A stretch of DNA of 64,000 nucleotides from Polaromonas sp. (GTDB taxonomy: Bacteria; Pseudomonadota; Gammaproteobacteria; Burkholderiales; Burkholderiaceae_C). Below the pieces are notes generated by a model. It was not told the DNA's origin. It saw only the letters and a list, made by a program, of their open reading frames with translations, and made no database searches. The stretch is from the NCBI GenBank assembly GCA_013297865.1, contig JAAFIP010000015.1, positions 31,359 through 95,358 on the forward strand, given 5' to 3'. This document shows, piece after piece, positions 29,508-39,357 of this stretch (position 1 is the first letter of the stretch; every line of letters begins with the position of its first letter). The translations under genes were made by a program, and so were the position numbers.

Positions 29508-29526
29508 TTTTGCAAAAATTGCAAAA
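29508..29526. promoter_or_regulatory. Putative LysR box palindrome
   Basis: ttttgcaa-aaa-ttgcaaaa. Confidence 0.6.
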
Positions 29527-29621
29527 GCATTATGCAGCCCGCAGGCTTTCCGTGCAAGTGCAGAGGTTCTACAGTCAACTCATCCCCAGCCACCCTGCCG
29601 GGGATTATCAAGGAGAGCACC

Positions 29622-29837
29622 ATGCGAACATCCCGGTCCCCCAGCACCGCTTTCAGCCCCATCAGCCAGCAAGACTATTTGCGTATTTCGCAAAACGCCC
29701 GCGCTGCCGCGCTCAAGGCCCGCCGCCAGGCCGTACAGGCCTTTTGGGCAGGCGCCTGGCGTGCACTGCGCAGTCTGGGCCAGCGCCCCAGCGTGCGCCT
29801 GGGCGCTGGCCACAACGTGCACCGCGCAGGAGTTTAA
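29622..29837 (+). CDS. Small hypothetical protein (71 aa)
   Basis: Strong RBS aaggag; amphipathic helix; directly before the tautomerase gene. Confidence 0.6.
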   Translation: MRTSRSPSTAFSPISQQDYLRISQNARAAALKARRQAVQAFWAGAWRALRSLGQRPSVRLGAGHNVHRAGV

Positions 29838-29842
29838 GCACC

Positions 29843-30253
29843 ATGCCTACACTGCGTCTGCAGGTCGCGCCCCTGCTCAACCCTGAACGCTACGCCGCAC
29901 TGGGCGCAGCCCTGACCCGCATCACCGCGCAGGTGCTGCACAAAAAAGCCGAGGTCACGGCCGTGATGATTGACGACCTGCCCGCCGCGCGCTATCTGGT
30001 GGGCGGGCGCGATACGGCCCAGCCCATCGCCTGTCTGGAGATCAGTATCACTGCGGGCACCAACACCGCTGAGGAAAAATCCCAATTCATCCGCGAGGCG
30101 CATGCCGAACTGCAACGCCAGCTGGGCACCAGTGGCCAGAGCCTGCACGAGGCCAGCTATGTGATCGTGCGCGAGCTGCCCGCCAGTGACTGGGGCTATG
30201 CGGGCCTGACGCAGGCCGCGCGCCGCACGCTGCAGCCGGTGGCTATGACTTAA
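29843..30253 (+). CDS. Tautomerase superfamily protein
   Basis: Catalytic Pro-1 (MPTL), ITAGTNT.EEK, WGYAG; RBS aggag. Confidence 0.85.
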   Translation: MPTLRLQVAPLLNPERYAALGAALTRITAQVLHKKAEVTAVMIDDLPAARYLVGGRDTAQPIACLEISITAGTNTAEEKSQFIREAHAELQRQLGTSGQSLHEASYVIVRELPASDWGYAGLTQAARRTLQPVAMT

Positions 30254-31217
30254 AGTGGTCGAAGGACGCGAAGGTGTTGGGCACCAGCGCGCCCTGTGCA
30301 TCGCGCAGCACCAGCTGTGTGTCGGCCGTGATGCGCCCGATGCGCTTGGCCGGGGTAACGGCCCGGCCCGCGGCCTGGGCCACGGCTTCGCGGGCACTGG
30401 GCGGCGCGGTGAAGACCAGCTCGTAGTCATCACCGCCATTGGCCGTCATTTCACGGCAGAAATCTGATGAAAAACCGTGCCCAGCCCAATGAAATATCGC
30501 GAGAGCAGCTACATTATCAATAGCAACTTCCGCTCCGCAGCGGCTCGCCTTGAGGATATGGCCCAAGTCGCCCAGCAGACCGTCGCTCACGTCAATGGCG
30601 GAGGTGGCAATGCCGCGCAAGGCCTGGCCCAGCGCGACCCGTGGCGTGGGCCGCTCCATGCGCGCACGCGCGCTGGCAAACATGGCGGCATCCAGCTGCA
30701 CTGTGCCGCGAAAGGCCTCCAGTGCCAGCCGCGCATCGCCCACCGAGCCGCTGACATAGATGTCGTCGCCCGGCTGCGCGCCCGAGCGCAGCAGCGCCTG
30801 CCCGGGTGGCACCTCGCCTATCACGGTGATGCAGATGTTCAGCGGCCCCTGGGTGGTGTCGCCGCCCACCAGCGCGCAGCCATGCTGGTCGGCCAGCGCA
30901 AACAGGCCTTTGGAAAAACCGTGCAGCCAGGTGGTGTCCACGCGCGGCAAAGCCAGCGCCAGCGTAAAGGCCACGGGCTTGGCACCGCAAGCGGCCAGGT
31001 CGCTCAGGTTCACCGCCAAGGCCTTATGCCCCAGTGCATCGGGCGATACGGTAGACACAAAATGCCGCCCCTCCACCAGCATGTCGCTGCTAATGGCCAG
31101 CTGCATGCCCGCGCGCGGGGCCAGCAGGGCGCAGTCATCGCCGATGCCCTTGACCACGTTGTCGCCAGGGGCATAGTCGCGCTGAAAATACTGCGCGATC
31201 AGGTCAAACTCACCCAT
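30243..31217 (-). CDS. thiL: Thiamine-monophosphate kinase
   Basis: MGEFDLI, GIGDDCA, NLSDLAA, GGDT, DVSDG, GGDDYEL. Confidence 0.96.
   Translation of the reverse strand: MGEFDLIAQYFQRDYAPGDNVVKGIGDDCALLAPRAGMQLAISSDMLVEGRHFVSTVSPDALGHKALAVNLSDLAACGAKPVAFTLALALPRVDTTWLHGFSKGLFALADQHGCALVGGDTTQGPLNICITVIGEVPPGQALLRSGAQPGDDIYVSGSVGDARLALEAFRGTVQLDAAMFASARARMERPTPRVALGQALRGIATSAIDVSDGLLGDLGHILKASRCGAEVAIDNVAALAIFHWAGHGFSSDFCREMTANGGDDYELVFTAPPSAREAVAQAAGRAVTPAKRIGRITADTQLVLRDAQGALVPNTFASFDHFKS
30476..30525 (-). repeat. Dispersed element copy 7 (inside thiL)
   Basis: revcomp tgctat-tgataat-gtagctgc-tctcgcga-tatttca-ttgggctgggcacg. Confidence 0.88.
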
Positions 31218-31230
31218 GGCGGCACGCTCC

Positions 31231-31623
31231 TCAGTGCATGGTGGGCTTGCCACCCAGTGCGCTCAGGGCGTCCAGTACAAACATGGGGATGTCTGCGTCA
31301 AATTTTTCACCGTCTTCGGCCACACAAAAATAGCTGCCGTGCATGGTGCCGGTGGGCGTGCGCAGGCGGCAGCCACTGGTGTACTGAAAGCTCTCGCCGG
31401 GCTTGAGCAGCGGCTGCTCGCCCACCACGCCCAGACCCTTGACCTTGTCATTGCGGCCATCGGCATCGTTGATGCTCCAGCTGCGCGAGATCAGCTGGGC
31501 GGGCACCTTGCCGGTGTTGGTGATGGTGACCGTGTAGGCGAAGGTGTACACGCCCTGCTCGGGTGCGGACTGGTCTGCGAGGTACTCGGGTTGAACTTGA
31601 ACACTGAATTGGTACTGGGCCAT
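31231..31623 (-). CDS. apaG: ApaG protein
   Basis: FAYTVTITN, QLISR.W.I, GLGVVGEQP, YTSG. Confidence 0.93.
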   Translation of the reverse strand: MAQYQFSVQVQPEYLADQSAPEQGVYTFAYTVTITNTGKVPAQLISRSWSINDADGRNDKVKGLGVVGEQPLLKPGESFQYTSGCRLRTPTGTMHGSYFCVAEDGEKFDADIPMFVLDALSALGGKPTMH

Positions 31624-31627
31624 CCCC

Positions 31628-34600
31628 TTATGGTACTGCTTTGTGGGCCACTTCGGCAGCAGTGCCAGGCTTTGCATGCGCGGCTGCACGCTGTGGGCGA
31701 TTTGTCAGTTTGCGCCACAGCTTGCCGCACTGGTGCTCAAAATCATCCACAAAGGTGTACACCGATGGAATGACCAGCAGGCTCAGGAAGGTCGAGGTGA
31801 TCAGCCCACCGATCACCGCCACTGCCATCGGGCTGCGGAAGCTTCCGTCAGCCGCACCCCAGCCCAAGGCGATCGGCATCATGCCTGCGCCCATGGCAAT
31901 GGTGGTCATCACGATCGGGCGCGCGCGCTTGTGGCAGGCGTCCAGCAGCGCATCCAGCCGGTTCATGGGCGCTACCGCGGGCTGCGTGTCAGTGGCTGCT
32001 TTGCCACGGCGCGCCTCAATGGCGTACTCCACCAGCAAGATCGAGTTCTTGGTGGCAATACCCATCAGCATGATCAGTCCGATCAGCGAGGGCATCGAAA
32101 AGCTCTTGTCCGCCAGCAGCAGGCCCACAAACGCACCGCCCAACGATAGCGGCAGCGCCGCGAGAATGGTCAGTGGATGCAGGAAGTCCTTGAACAGCAG
32201 CACCAGCACGATGTAGATGCACAGCACTGCAGTCAGCATGGCCAGGCCGAAGCTGGCAAACAGCTCCACAAACACTTCTGCATCACCAATCGTCACCTGT
32301 TTCACGCCTGCGGGCAGGTTCTGGATGGCGGGTAGTTTGTTCACTGCAGTGGTTATATCGCCCAGCGCCTGGCCTGAGAGCTCCACTTCAAACTGCACGT
32401 TGCGCGAGCGGTTGAAGCGGTCAATCACCGCCGGGCCGCCCGACAGCTCCAGCGTGGCCACCTGGCTGAGCATCACCGGCCCGCGCGCGCCGGGCACCAT
32501 CAGGCGCTCCAGCGTGGCAACGTCGCTGCGCGCGCTGTCGTCCAGCCGCGTGACGATCGGCACCTGGCGCTGCGACAGGTTCATCTTAGGCAGGGAGGCA
32601 TCAAAGTCGCCCACGGTAGCAATGCGCAGGGTCTCGCCAATGGCGCTGCTGGTCACGCCCAGGTCAGCCATGCGCGTGAAGTCAGGCCGCACCGTCACCT
32701 CGGGCCGCACCAGCGAGGCGCTTGACGCCACCGAGCCCAGGCCTGGAATGGTGCGCAGGTCTTTTTCCAGCGCGGCGGCTGCCGCAGCCAGGGCCACCGG
32801 GTCTTCGCTGGTCAGTGCCAGCACCAGCTTTTCGCCCGAGCCGCCCAGGCCCACCTTGCTGCGCACACCGGGCAGCTCTTCCAGGGCTTTGCGGATGTTG
32901 TTTTCAATACCCTGCTTGCGCGGCCGCGTGCCGCGCTCAGCTAGCAAAATCGTGAGCGTGGCTTTGCGAGCTTCAGACGCGCCACCCGGGGCAAACGGGT
33001 CGCCGCCCGCCGCGCCACCGCCAATAGTGGTGTAGACCGACTTCACATGCTCCACTTTGCTGATCAGCTGGCGCGCCCGCTCAGCAGCGACTTTGGTCTC
33101 TGCGAGCTTGGTGCCCGGTGGCAGCTCCAGGTACGCCTGGGTCTGGCTGTTGTCATCCGGCGGGATAAAGCCCGTGGGCAGCAGCGGAATCAGCAGCAGC
33201 GAGCCGACAAAAAATCCGCCCGCCACCAGCGCCGTGATCCAGCGGTACTTGAGGCACCAGCGGCTGGCGCGCATGTACCACTGCATCACCGGGCCGTCTT
33301 TTTCAACGTAGTTCACAATCGGCTTGAGGATGTAGGCCGCCATCATGGGTGTGAGCATGCGCGCCACGATCAAGGAGGCAAACACCGCCAGCGAGGCCGT
33401 CCAGCCAAACTGCTTGAAGAACTTGCCGACAATGCCGCTCATGAAAGCGGTGGGCAAAAACACCGCAATCAACGTGAAGGTGGTGGCAATCACCGCCAGG
33501 CCAATCTCATCTGCCGCTTCCATTGCCGCTTGATAGGGCGTCTTGCCCATGCGCAAATGGCGCACAATGTTTTCCACCTCGACAATTGCGTCGTCTACCA
33601 ATATGCCGATCACCAGGCTAAGTGCCAGCAAGGTCACCACGTTGATGGTGAAGCCCAAGTAGTTCATGCCAATAAAGGCCGGGATCACCGACAGCGGCAG
33701 CGCCACGGCTGACACAAATGTCGCCCGCCAGTCGCGCAGGAATATCCACACCACCAGCACCGCCAGCAGCGCGCCTTCTATCAGCAGGGTCAGCGAGGCA
33801 GCGTATTCCTCCTCCACCGGTGTGACGAAGTCAAAGGCTTCGGTCAGCTCCATGTCGGGGTGCGCTGCCTTGAGCTCCTTGAGCGCTGCGCGCACGCCCT
33901 GACCGACTTCCACTTCACTGGCGCCTTTGCTGCGTGCAACCTCAAAACCCACTACGGGCACGCCGTTGAGCAGTGCGGTCGAGCGTGGCTCGGCAATCGT
34001 GTCTTTCACCTCGGCCACCTGGTCCAGGCGCACTTTGCGCCCATCGCCCACCGACAGCTGCATGGCGGCCAGCTCAGCGGCTGACTTGACCGTGGCCAAG
34101 GTGCGCACAGGCTGCTCGCTGGTGCCCAGGTCGGCGCGGCCCCCTGCGGTTTCCATCTGCACCTCGCGCAGCTGGCGCGAGACGGCGGCGGCGCTCACGC
34201 CCAGCGACTGCATCTTGGCGCTGTCCAGCGCAATGCGCACCTCACGGTTGACACCACCCACGCGCGTGACCGAGCCCACGCCTTTGACAGCCAGCAGCTT
34301 GCGCGTGAGCGTATCGTCTACAAACCAGGACAGCGCCTCGTCGTCCATCGCTTTGCTGCGGATGGTGTAGGCCAGCACCGCCCCGCCCGAGATGTTGACC
34401 TTGTTGACAATCGGGTCACGCAGGTCGGCGGGCAAATCAGCGCGCACCTGCTGCACGGCAGAGCGGGTTTCGTCCAGCGCTTCCTGCGTGGGTTTTTCCA
34501 GGCGGAACTCGGCAGTGATGGTCACCACACCGTCCTGCACCTTGGTGTAGATATTTTTCAGGCCTTGCAGCGAGGCAATCGAATTTTCTATCTTGCGCGC

Positions 34601-34789
34601 CACCTCGGTCTCCATCTGCGAGGGCGAGCCGCCCGGCAGGCTGGCCGTGATGATGATGTTGGGCACATCCAGGTCTGGAAAGTTCTGCACCTTCATGTTC
34701 TGGTAGCCCAGCACACCTGCAAAGCACAGCAGGACAAAAAACATAATGGCCGCAATCGGGTTGCGTATGCACCAAGCAGATACGTTCAT
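31628..34789 (-). CDS. RND efflux permease (AcrB/AcrD/AcrF family)
   Basis: GILVDDAIVEVENI, ATKNSILLVE, RARPIVMT. Confidence 0.95.
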   Translation of the reverse strand: MNVSAWCIRNPIAAIMFFVLLCFAGVLGYQNMKVQNFPDLDVPNIIITASLPGGSPSQMETEVARKIENSIASLQGLKNIYTKVQDGVVTITAEFRLEKPTQEALDETRSAVQQVRADLPADLRDPIVNKVNISGGAVLAYTIRSKAMDDEALSWFVDDTLTRKLLAVKGVGSVTRVGGVNREVRIALDSAKMQSLGVSAAAVSRQLREVQMETAGGRADLGTSEQPVRTLATVKSAAELAAMQLSVGDGRKVRLDQVAEVKDTIAEPRSTALLNGVPVVGFEVARSKGASEVEVGQGVRAALKELKAAHPDMELTEAFDFVTPVEEEYAASLTLLIEGALLAVLVVWIFLRDWRATFVSAVALPLSVIPAFIGMNYLGFTINVVTLLALSLVIGILVDDAIVEVENIVRHLRMGKTPYQAAMEAADEIGLAVIATTFTLIAVFLPTAFMSGIVGKFFKQFGWTASLAVFASLIVARMLTPMMAAYILKPIVNYVEKDGPVMQWYMRASRWCLKYRWITALVAGGFFVGSLLLIPLLPTGFIPPDDNSQTQAYLELPPGTKLAETKVAAERARQLISKVEHVKSVYTTIGGGAAGGDPFAPGGASEARKATLTILLAERGTRPRKQGIENNIRKALEELPGVRSKVGLGGSGEKLVLALTSEDPVALAAAAAALEKDLRTIPGLGSVASSASLVRPEVTVRPDFTRMADLGVTSSAIGETLRIATVGDFDASLPKMNLSQRQVPIVTRLDDSARSDVATLERLMVPGARGPVMLSQVATLELSGGPAVIDRFNRSRNVQFEVELSGQALGDITTAVNKLPAIQNLPAGVKQVTIGDAEVFVELFASFGLAMLTAVLCIYIVLVLLFKDFLHPLTILAALPLSLGGAFVGLLLADKSFSMPSLIGLIMLMGIATKNSILLVEYAIEARRGKAATDTQPAVAPMNRLDALLDACHKRARPIVMTTIAMGAGMMPIALGWGAADGSFRSPMAVAVIGGLITSTFLSLLVIPSVYTFVDDFEHQCGKLWRKLTNRPQRAAAHAKPGTAAEVAHKAVP

Positions 34790-34815
34790 GGTGATTCTCC
34801 TGAGGGCAAAGGGGT

Positions 34816-35976
34816 TTACTTGGATGCAGCGGCTGAGGCCGGTGCAGCAGGTGCGGTAGCTGCGATCAGCTTGACCGTGTCACCATCGGCCAAAAACGCC
34901 GCGCCACTGGCTACAAAACGGTCGCCGCTTTTTGCGCCCTGCAATATCTCCACCGCGTCGCCCACGCGGCGGCCCGTCTGCAGCTTGACCTGGCTGACCT
35001 TGTTGGTCGCCTCGATGCGCATGGCGTAGGTGAAGCCATCACGCAGCACCAGGGCCTGCTGCGGCAGGGTGAGCGCGTTGGCGCTGCCCAGGGCAAACTC
35101 GCCTTTGGCAAACATGCCGGCTTTGATGTCGGGGTGCTGCGGCAGATCGACATAGACCAGCGCGTTGCGGGTTTGCGCGTCCACCGTGGGTGCCACCATG
35201 CGCACCTTGCCCTGCACCTGGGTGCCGCTGGCTGCAGTGACGGTGGCTACCGTGCCAGGTTTGAGACGCGCCACCTCGGCGCTCGTGACCTCGGCGCGCC
35301 ACTCCAGGCGGCCCTGGCGGATCATGCGAAACAGCTCCGTGCCTGCGCCCACCACCGAGCCCACCGTGGCCGTGCGTGACGAAATCACGCCATTGTCGGG
35401 GGCGGTGAGCTGGCCATTTTTCAGCCGCAGCTGTGCATTGGTCAGCAAGGCACGCGATGCCTCCACCCGTGCCTTGGCCGTGGCCTCGGCGGTGGTGAAC
35501 TGCGCAATCTGCTGCGCACTCAAAGCGCCGGTGTCCTGCAAGCTGCGGGCACGCGCGGCGTTGGCTGCTGCTTCTCCTGCAGTAGCCTGCGCCTCGGCCA
35601 GCGAGGCCTGTGCCTGCAGCACGTCAGCGCGGGCCGTATCGGCGTTGAACACGGCCAGCACCTGGCCTTTTTTCACCACATCGCCTACGTTAACGCGCAC
35701 TTCGGTCAGCTTCAGGCCGTTGACCTCCGCACCAATCAGGGCCTCCTGCCAGGCGGCCACATTGCCGTTGGCCAGCAGCTGCAGGCCCAGCGCGCCATTG
35801 CTGGGGCTGATCGCACTGACACTGAGCGCGGCTTTGGGTGGGGCAGCGGTCTTGCCATCCTTTTTATCCGTCTGAGCCCAAGTTTGAGACAGAAAAAGGC
35901 CACCAGCCGTTAAAAATATCGCGGCGGCAGCTATGGTATTCATAGCATTTAATTTAAAGAAAGGAAAAGATTTCAT
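34816..35976 (-). CDS. RND periplasmic adaptor (MFP)
   Basis: VNVGDVVKKGQVL lipoyl motif, APDNGVI. Confidence 0.93.
   Translation of the reverse strand: MKSFPFFKLNAMNTIAAAAIFLTAGGLFLSQTWAQTDKKDGKTAAPPKAALSVSAISPSNGALGLQLLANGNVAAWQEALIGAEVNGLKLTEVRVNVGDVVKKGQVLAVFNADTARADVLQAQASLAEAQATAGEAAANAARARSLQDTGALSAQQIAQFTTAEATAKARVEASRALLTNAQLRLKNGQLTAPDNGVISSRTATVGSVVGAGTELFRMIRQGRLEWRAEVTSAEVARLKPGTVATVTAASGTQVQGKVRMVAPTVDAQTRNALVYVDLPQHPDIKAGMFAKGEFALGSANALTLPQQALVLRDGFTYAMRIEATNKVSQVKLQTGRRVGDAVEILQGAKSGDRFVASGAAFLADGDTVKLIAATAPAAPASAAASK
35898..35947 (-). repeat. Dispersed element copy 8 (N-terminal hydrophobic segment of the MFP)
   Basis: revcomp tgctat-gaatacc-atagctgc-cgccgcga-tattttt-aacggctggtggcc. 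Confidence 0.82.
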
Positions 35977-36047
35977 ACACAACTCCCAAAATAACAGGCC
36001 TTCATGGCCTCAAAACCATTCAAATACACCATCCAGTGCCAGCAGCA

Positions 36048-37541
36048 TTACGGCAGGGCCTTGCCCATGCCCTGCGCGCTGGGGCTCCAGCCGCCGCCCG
36101 CAGCGCGGTACAGGCTCAGCCAGGCGGCAACACGCTCGCGGTTGAGCGCCACTTCGCTTTGCTGCGCGGCTACGGCCGTGCGGCGTGCGTCTTCCAGCTC
36201 GACCAAGCTGGCCAATCCCGCGCGGTAGCGCGCCTGTGTGGCGTCCAGCGAGGCCTTGTAGCCTGCGGCTGCAGCCTGCACGCTGGTGGCTCGCTGGCCT
36301 GTGCTGTCCAGGTTGACCAGGGCTTCTTCCACTTCACGCACAGCGTTGCGCACCTTGGCACGCAGGGTGACCACGGCTTCGTCGTAGGCAGCCACGGCAG
36401 CCTGCGCGTTGGCAGCATTGCGCCCGCCGTCAAAAATCGGCACTGACAGCATCACCGGCCCCAGCGACCAGGTCACGCCCTCGGTGGTCATGCCCATCTG
36501 GCGCTGTGCACCCGCGCCTACACTGCCGCTGAGCGAGAGCATCGGCAGGCGGCGCGCCTGGGCGGCGTTGGCATCGGCGCTGGCTGCGGCCACACTGCGC
36601 TGGGCACTGGCAATGTCCGGGCGCTGCACCAGCACCTGCGCGGGCAGACTATTGATGCTGAACAAGGCGTTAGGCACGGTGATCTTCTGGGCCGTGGGCT
36701 GGTTGGCCATCAGCTTGGTGCGCAGGTCAGCCTCGGGCAGGCCGGTCAGTGCCACGAGCGCTTTGAGGCGCACCTCGCACTGGGCCTTGGCAGACTGCAA
36801 GGTATTGACCGCATCGGCCGCACTGGCCCGCGCCAGCTCAGCCGATGCAGGCGCGGCCAGGCCAGCCTTGGCTGTCAGGTCGGCCAGGCGCGCGGTCTCA
36901 GCGCGTGAGGTGGCATCGCTTTGGGCCACGGCGATGCTGCCCAGGCATGAATACCATTCGTAGTAAGCCACAGCGGTTTCAGCCGCCACGCTCACGCGCG
37001 CCTCGTGCCAGCCGATCTCTGCGCCCGCCAGGCGCTCCTGCGCTGCGCTGCTGCTGGCGCGGTTGGTGCCAAAAATATCTGCCTCCCACGAGGCTTGCAG
37101 AGCAATGCTGGCGCTGGTGCCCACAGGCGCATCGGGCGCCTGCACGCCGCGGCTGGCCTGGGCTGTGGCGTTCACGCCGGGCAACAAGGCAGCGCGTGCG
37201 CCAGTAGCTGCAGCGCGCGCCTGGGCCACACGCGCGCGCGCGCTGGCCAAGGTGGCGCTTTCCTTCTGGGCCGCGTCAATCATCTGTATCAGCAGGTTGT
37301 CGCCCAGCTGAGCCCACCACTGGGCCAGCTGCTCCATGCTGCCGCCATGGGGCAGTGTGGCCTGCCACTGCGCAGGTGCGCTGATCTGGCTGTCAGCGCG
37401 TGTCTGCTCTGCGTTAGGCAGGCCTGCCACGCTGGCGCAGCCTGCGAGCAAGGCCAGCAGCAGGGCGCTGGCACCACTGGCGGTGCGGCGCAGGGCGGGG
37501 GCGGGAGTCGCGGGGTTGTTTCGGTCAGTAGTTAATGGCAT
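36048..37541 (-). CDS. NodT/OprM-type outer-membrane efflux lipoprotein
   Basis: LAGC lipobox, WEADIFG, RPDIA.A, LYRAAGGGW. Confidence 0.93.
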   Translation of the reverse strand: MPLTTDRNNPATPAPALRRTASGASALLLALLAGCASVAGLPNAEQTRADSQISAPAQWQATLPHGGSMEQLAQWWAQLGDNLLIQMIDAAQKESATLASARARVAQARAAATGARAALLPGVNATAQASRGVQAPDAPVGTSASIALQASWEADIFGTNRASSSAAQERLAGAEIGWHEARVSVAAETAVAYYEWYSCLGSIAVAQSDATSRAETARLADLTAKAGLAAPASAELARASAADAVNTLQSAKAQCEVRLKALVALTGLPEADLRTKLMANQPTAQKITVPNALFSINSLPAQVLVQRPDIASAQRSVAAASADANAAQARRLPMLSLSGSVGAGAQRQMGMTTEGVTWSLGPVMLSVPIFDGGRNAANAQAAVAAYDEAVVTLRAKVRNAVREVEEALVNLDSTGQRATSVQAAAAGYKASLDATQARYRAGLASLVELEDARRTAVAAQQSEVALNRERVAAWLSLYRAAGGGWSPSAQGMGKALP

Positions 37542-37552
37542 TGCATATCCTT

Positions 37553-38215
37553 TCAGGCGACAGCCGCAGCGCGGCGCGCGCCTTCGGCGTCGATCATGGC
37601 GTGGGCATACATCACCAGCCGCTGGCCCATGGTATCCAGCGCTTTGGCGCCCGTCACTATGCGGGGGTGCAGCTTGAGGCTCAGCTCGCGCCCCACATAC
37701 ATATGCACGCCCAACGCCACAATCGCCAAGGCCAGGCGCACGATATCGTCATCGCTTTTCTTGACACCGTAGTGACGGCACAGTAGCTTGGTCAGCGCCG
37801 CGAGGTAAGGCTTGATGTCCTGATTAACCTCCTCTTCCCACAGATCGGTAGGCTCCACCATCTCTCGCATGTGCAGACGGATGCATTGCTGCACCAGCAC
37901 GTTTTGCTTCAAGGGTTCGATAAAGCCAAAGTACAGGCCCTGCAAGGCCTGCTCCAGGGTCAAACTCTCGCTGTCAAACAGGGCAATATCGTCCTTGGGG
38001 CTGCCCATCGGTTCGGTAAAGGCGGCGCGGTACAGCCCTGCCTTGTCACCAAAGTAGTAGCTGATGGCCGCAATGTTCACCCCCGCTTCATTGGCGATTT
38101 GGCGGGTGGAGGTCTTGCTGTAGCCATGCTCGGCAAAACACTGCACAGCGGCGTGCAAGAGGCGCAGACGGGATTCTTCGCCGTCGACCCTTGCGGGTAA
38201 GTGAGTAGTACGCAT
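37553..38215 (-). CDS. TetR-family regulator (CecR/YbiH-like)
   Basis: STRQIANEAGVNIAAISYYFGDKAGLY. Confidence 0.9.
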   Translation of the reverse strand: MRTTHLPARVDGEESRLRLLHAAVQCFAEHGYSKTSTRQIANEAGVNIAAISYYFGDKAGLYRAAFTEPMGSPKDDIALFDSESLTLEQALQGLYFGFIEPLKQNVLVQQCIRLHMREMVEPTDLWEEEVNQDIKPYLAALTKLLCRHYGVKKSDDDIVRLALAIVALGVHMYVGRELSLKLHPRIVTGAKALDTMGQRLVMYAHAMIDAEGARRAAAVA

Positions 38216-38234
38216 GCAGACAGTGTAGCAAGTA

Positions 38235-38250
38235 AATCAATCGATTGATT
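38235..38250. promoter_or_regulatory. Putative TetR operator
   Basis: Perfect 16-bp palindrome aatcaatcgattgatt just upstream of the TACACT -10 box. Confidence 0.7.
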
Positions 38251-38284
38251 AGTTTAATTGTAAAGAATTTAAAATTTTTGAAAC

Positions 38285-38315
38285 CTCCCGAGGGGGCTCG
38301 CGCACCCTACGGGAG
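38285..38315 (-). terminator. Stem-loop after mipA stop (possible terminator)
   Basis: ctcccg/cgggag and aggg/ccct stems, weak U tract. Confidence 0.4.
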
Positions 38316-38328
38316 TCGGGGTCCATGC

Positions 38329-39240
38329 TTAAAATTTGTAGTTCACGCCAGCAGTGACAGTGGTCTGGGCTTTCTTCTGTACCAGGGGGCTTTTGGCAGC
38401 ATCGCCGCGCAGCTGGCTCACAGCCACACCCGCGTTGGCGGACCAGTTGGGTGTGAATTTGTATTCCCCGCCCACCGTCAGGCCCACACTCTTGATACCA
38501 GCGCCCGCATTGTAGGCTTTGAAGCTGCTGTTGGCAGCCTGCGCACTGGTGACACCAAAGTAAGCCTGGTTATATTTCTTGTCAGCCCAGACGATATTGG
38601 GCGAGAAGGACAAGGTGAAATTGCTGCTGATCTGCCAGGGAATGTCGGTGCTCAGCTCCACACGCGTGCCGCCATGGCCGCTCAGGCTGCGGTCTCTGGC
38701 GTTGGGCTTGCCGTCGCCAGCGCCCCTGACAACAGACAGCATGATGGGCACACCTGCATTGACGTGGCCAAACACACCATACTCTGCGGCTGACTTGATC
38801 TCGCCCATGCCCCGAAGGCGCTTGCTGCCCGGGCGAAACAAGGTGCCGTCTTTGTTGTCAACACGCCCGGTGTTGGCGCCCAAGGTGATGCCGAAAGAGT
38901 AATCTTCTTTGTCAATGATGGTCCAGGCGGCGCCCAGGCCTTTGCCTCCGAGCGAAAACGTGCCATAGTCCTGTGTCTTGTAGCTGATGCTCAGGCTGGG
39001 GGCCAGCCCGGTGACCGTTTTGCTCGCGCCTTCGTACTCTGGCGTGGACACCACCGACGCACCGATGGACACATCCCAGGGGCCGGTGTCTTTTTTCTTT
39101 TCTGCGCTTTGGGCCAGCGCAGACTGTGCTGCCAGAGCCAGCACCAAGGCCAGGCCCAGGCCAGCGCGTGCGCGCGAAGGCGCCAAACCAAGCTGCGCCA
39201 GACCACGGCGTGCGGGGACAGATGTCGAGAGATAAGGCAT
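38329..39240 (-). CDS. mipA: MipA/OmpV family outer-membrane protein
   Basis: PEYEGAS, WADKKYNQAYFGV, GDAAKSPLV, terminal YKF. Confidence 0.88.
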   Translation of the reverse strand: MPYLSTSVPARRGLAQLGLAPSRARAGLGLALVLALAAQSALAQSAEKKKDTGPWDVSIGASVVSTPEYEGASKTVTGLAPSLSISYKTQDYGTFSLGGKGLGAAWTIIDKEDYSFGITLGANTGRVDNKDGTLFRPGSKRLRGMGEIKSAAEYGVFGHVNAGVPIMLSVVRGAGDGKPNARDRSLSGHGGTRVELSTDIPWQISSNFTLSFSPNIVWADKKYNQAYFGVTSAQAANSSFKAYNAGAGIKSVGLTVGGEYKFTPNWSANAGVAVSQLRGDAAKSPLVQKKAQTTVTAGVNYKF

Positions 39241-39305
39241 AGATAGCTCCAAAAAAGTAAGATCGCTATCGTAGAAATGGGCGGATAAAAGTACCTTGGT
39301 ACTCG

Positions 39306-39332
39306 CTTAAACAGGTTTAATGCGAACTTAAG
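39306..39332. promoter_or_regulatory. QseB/PmrA-like (C/T)TTAA direct repeats
   Basis: cttaa-acagg-tttaa-tgcgaa-cttaag between divergent mipA and the response regulator. Confidence 0.5.
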
Positions 39333-39357
39333 CAAGCTTCGATTACATTTTTAAGTT

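Noticed and set aside
29174..29842. 359-aa ORF 29174-30253 and 289-aa ORF 9678-10547 at full length
   Set aside because: The upstream extensions overlap opposite-strand genes. The RBS and Pro-1 support a start at 29843, and the -10 box and lipobox support a start at 10059.
31317..31345. atagctgc match inside apaG as a 13th copy
   Set aside because: It lacks the GCTAT half-site and the CCCGCG/TTGG tail, and is explained by the conserved ApaG peptide HGSYF.
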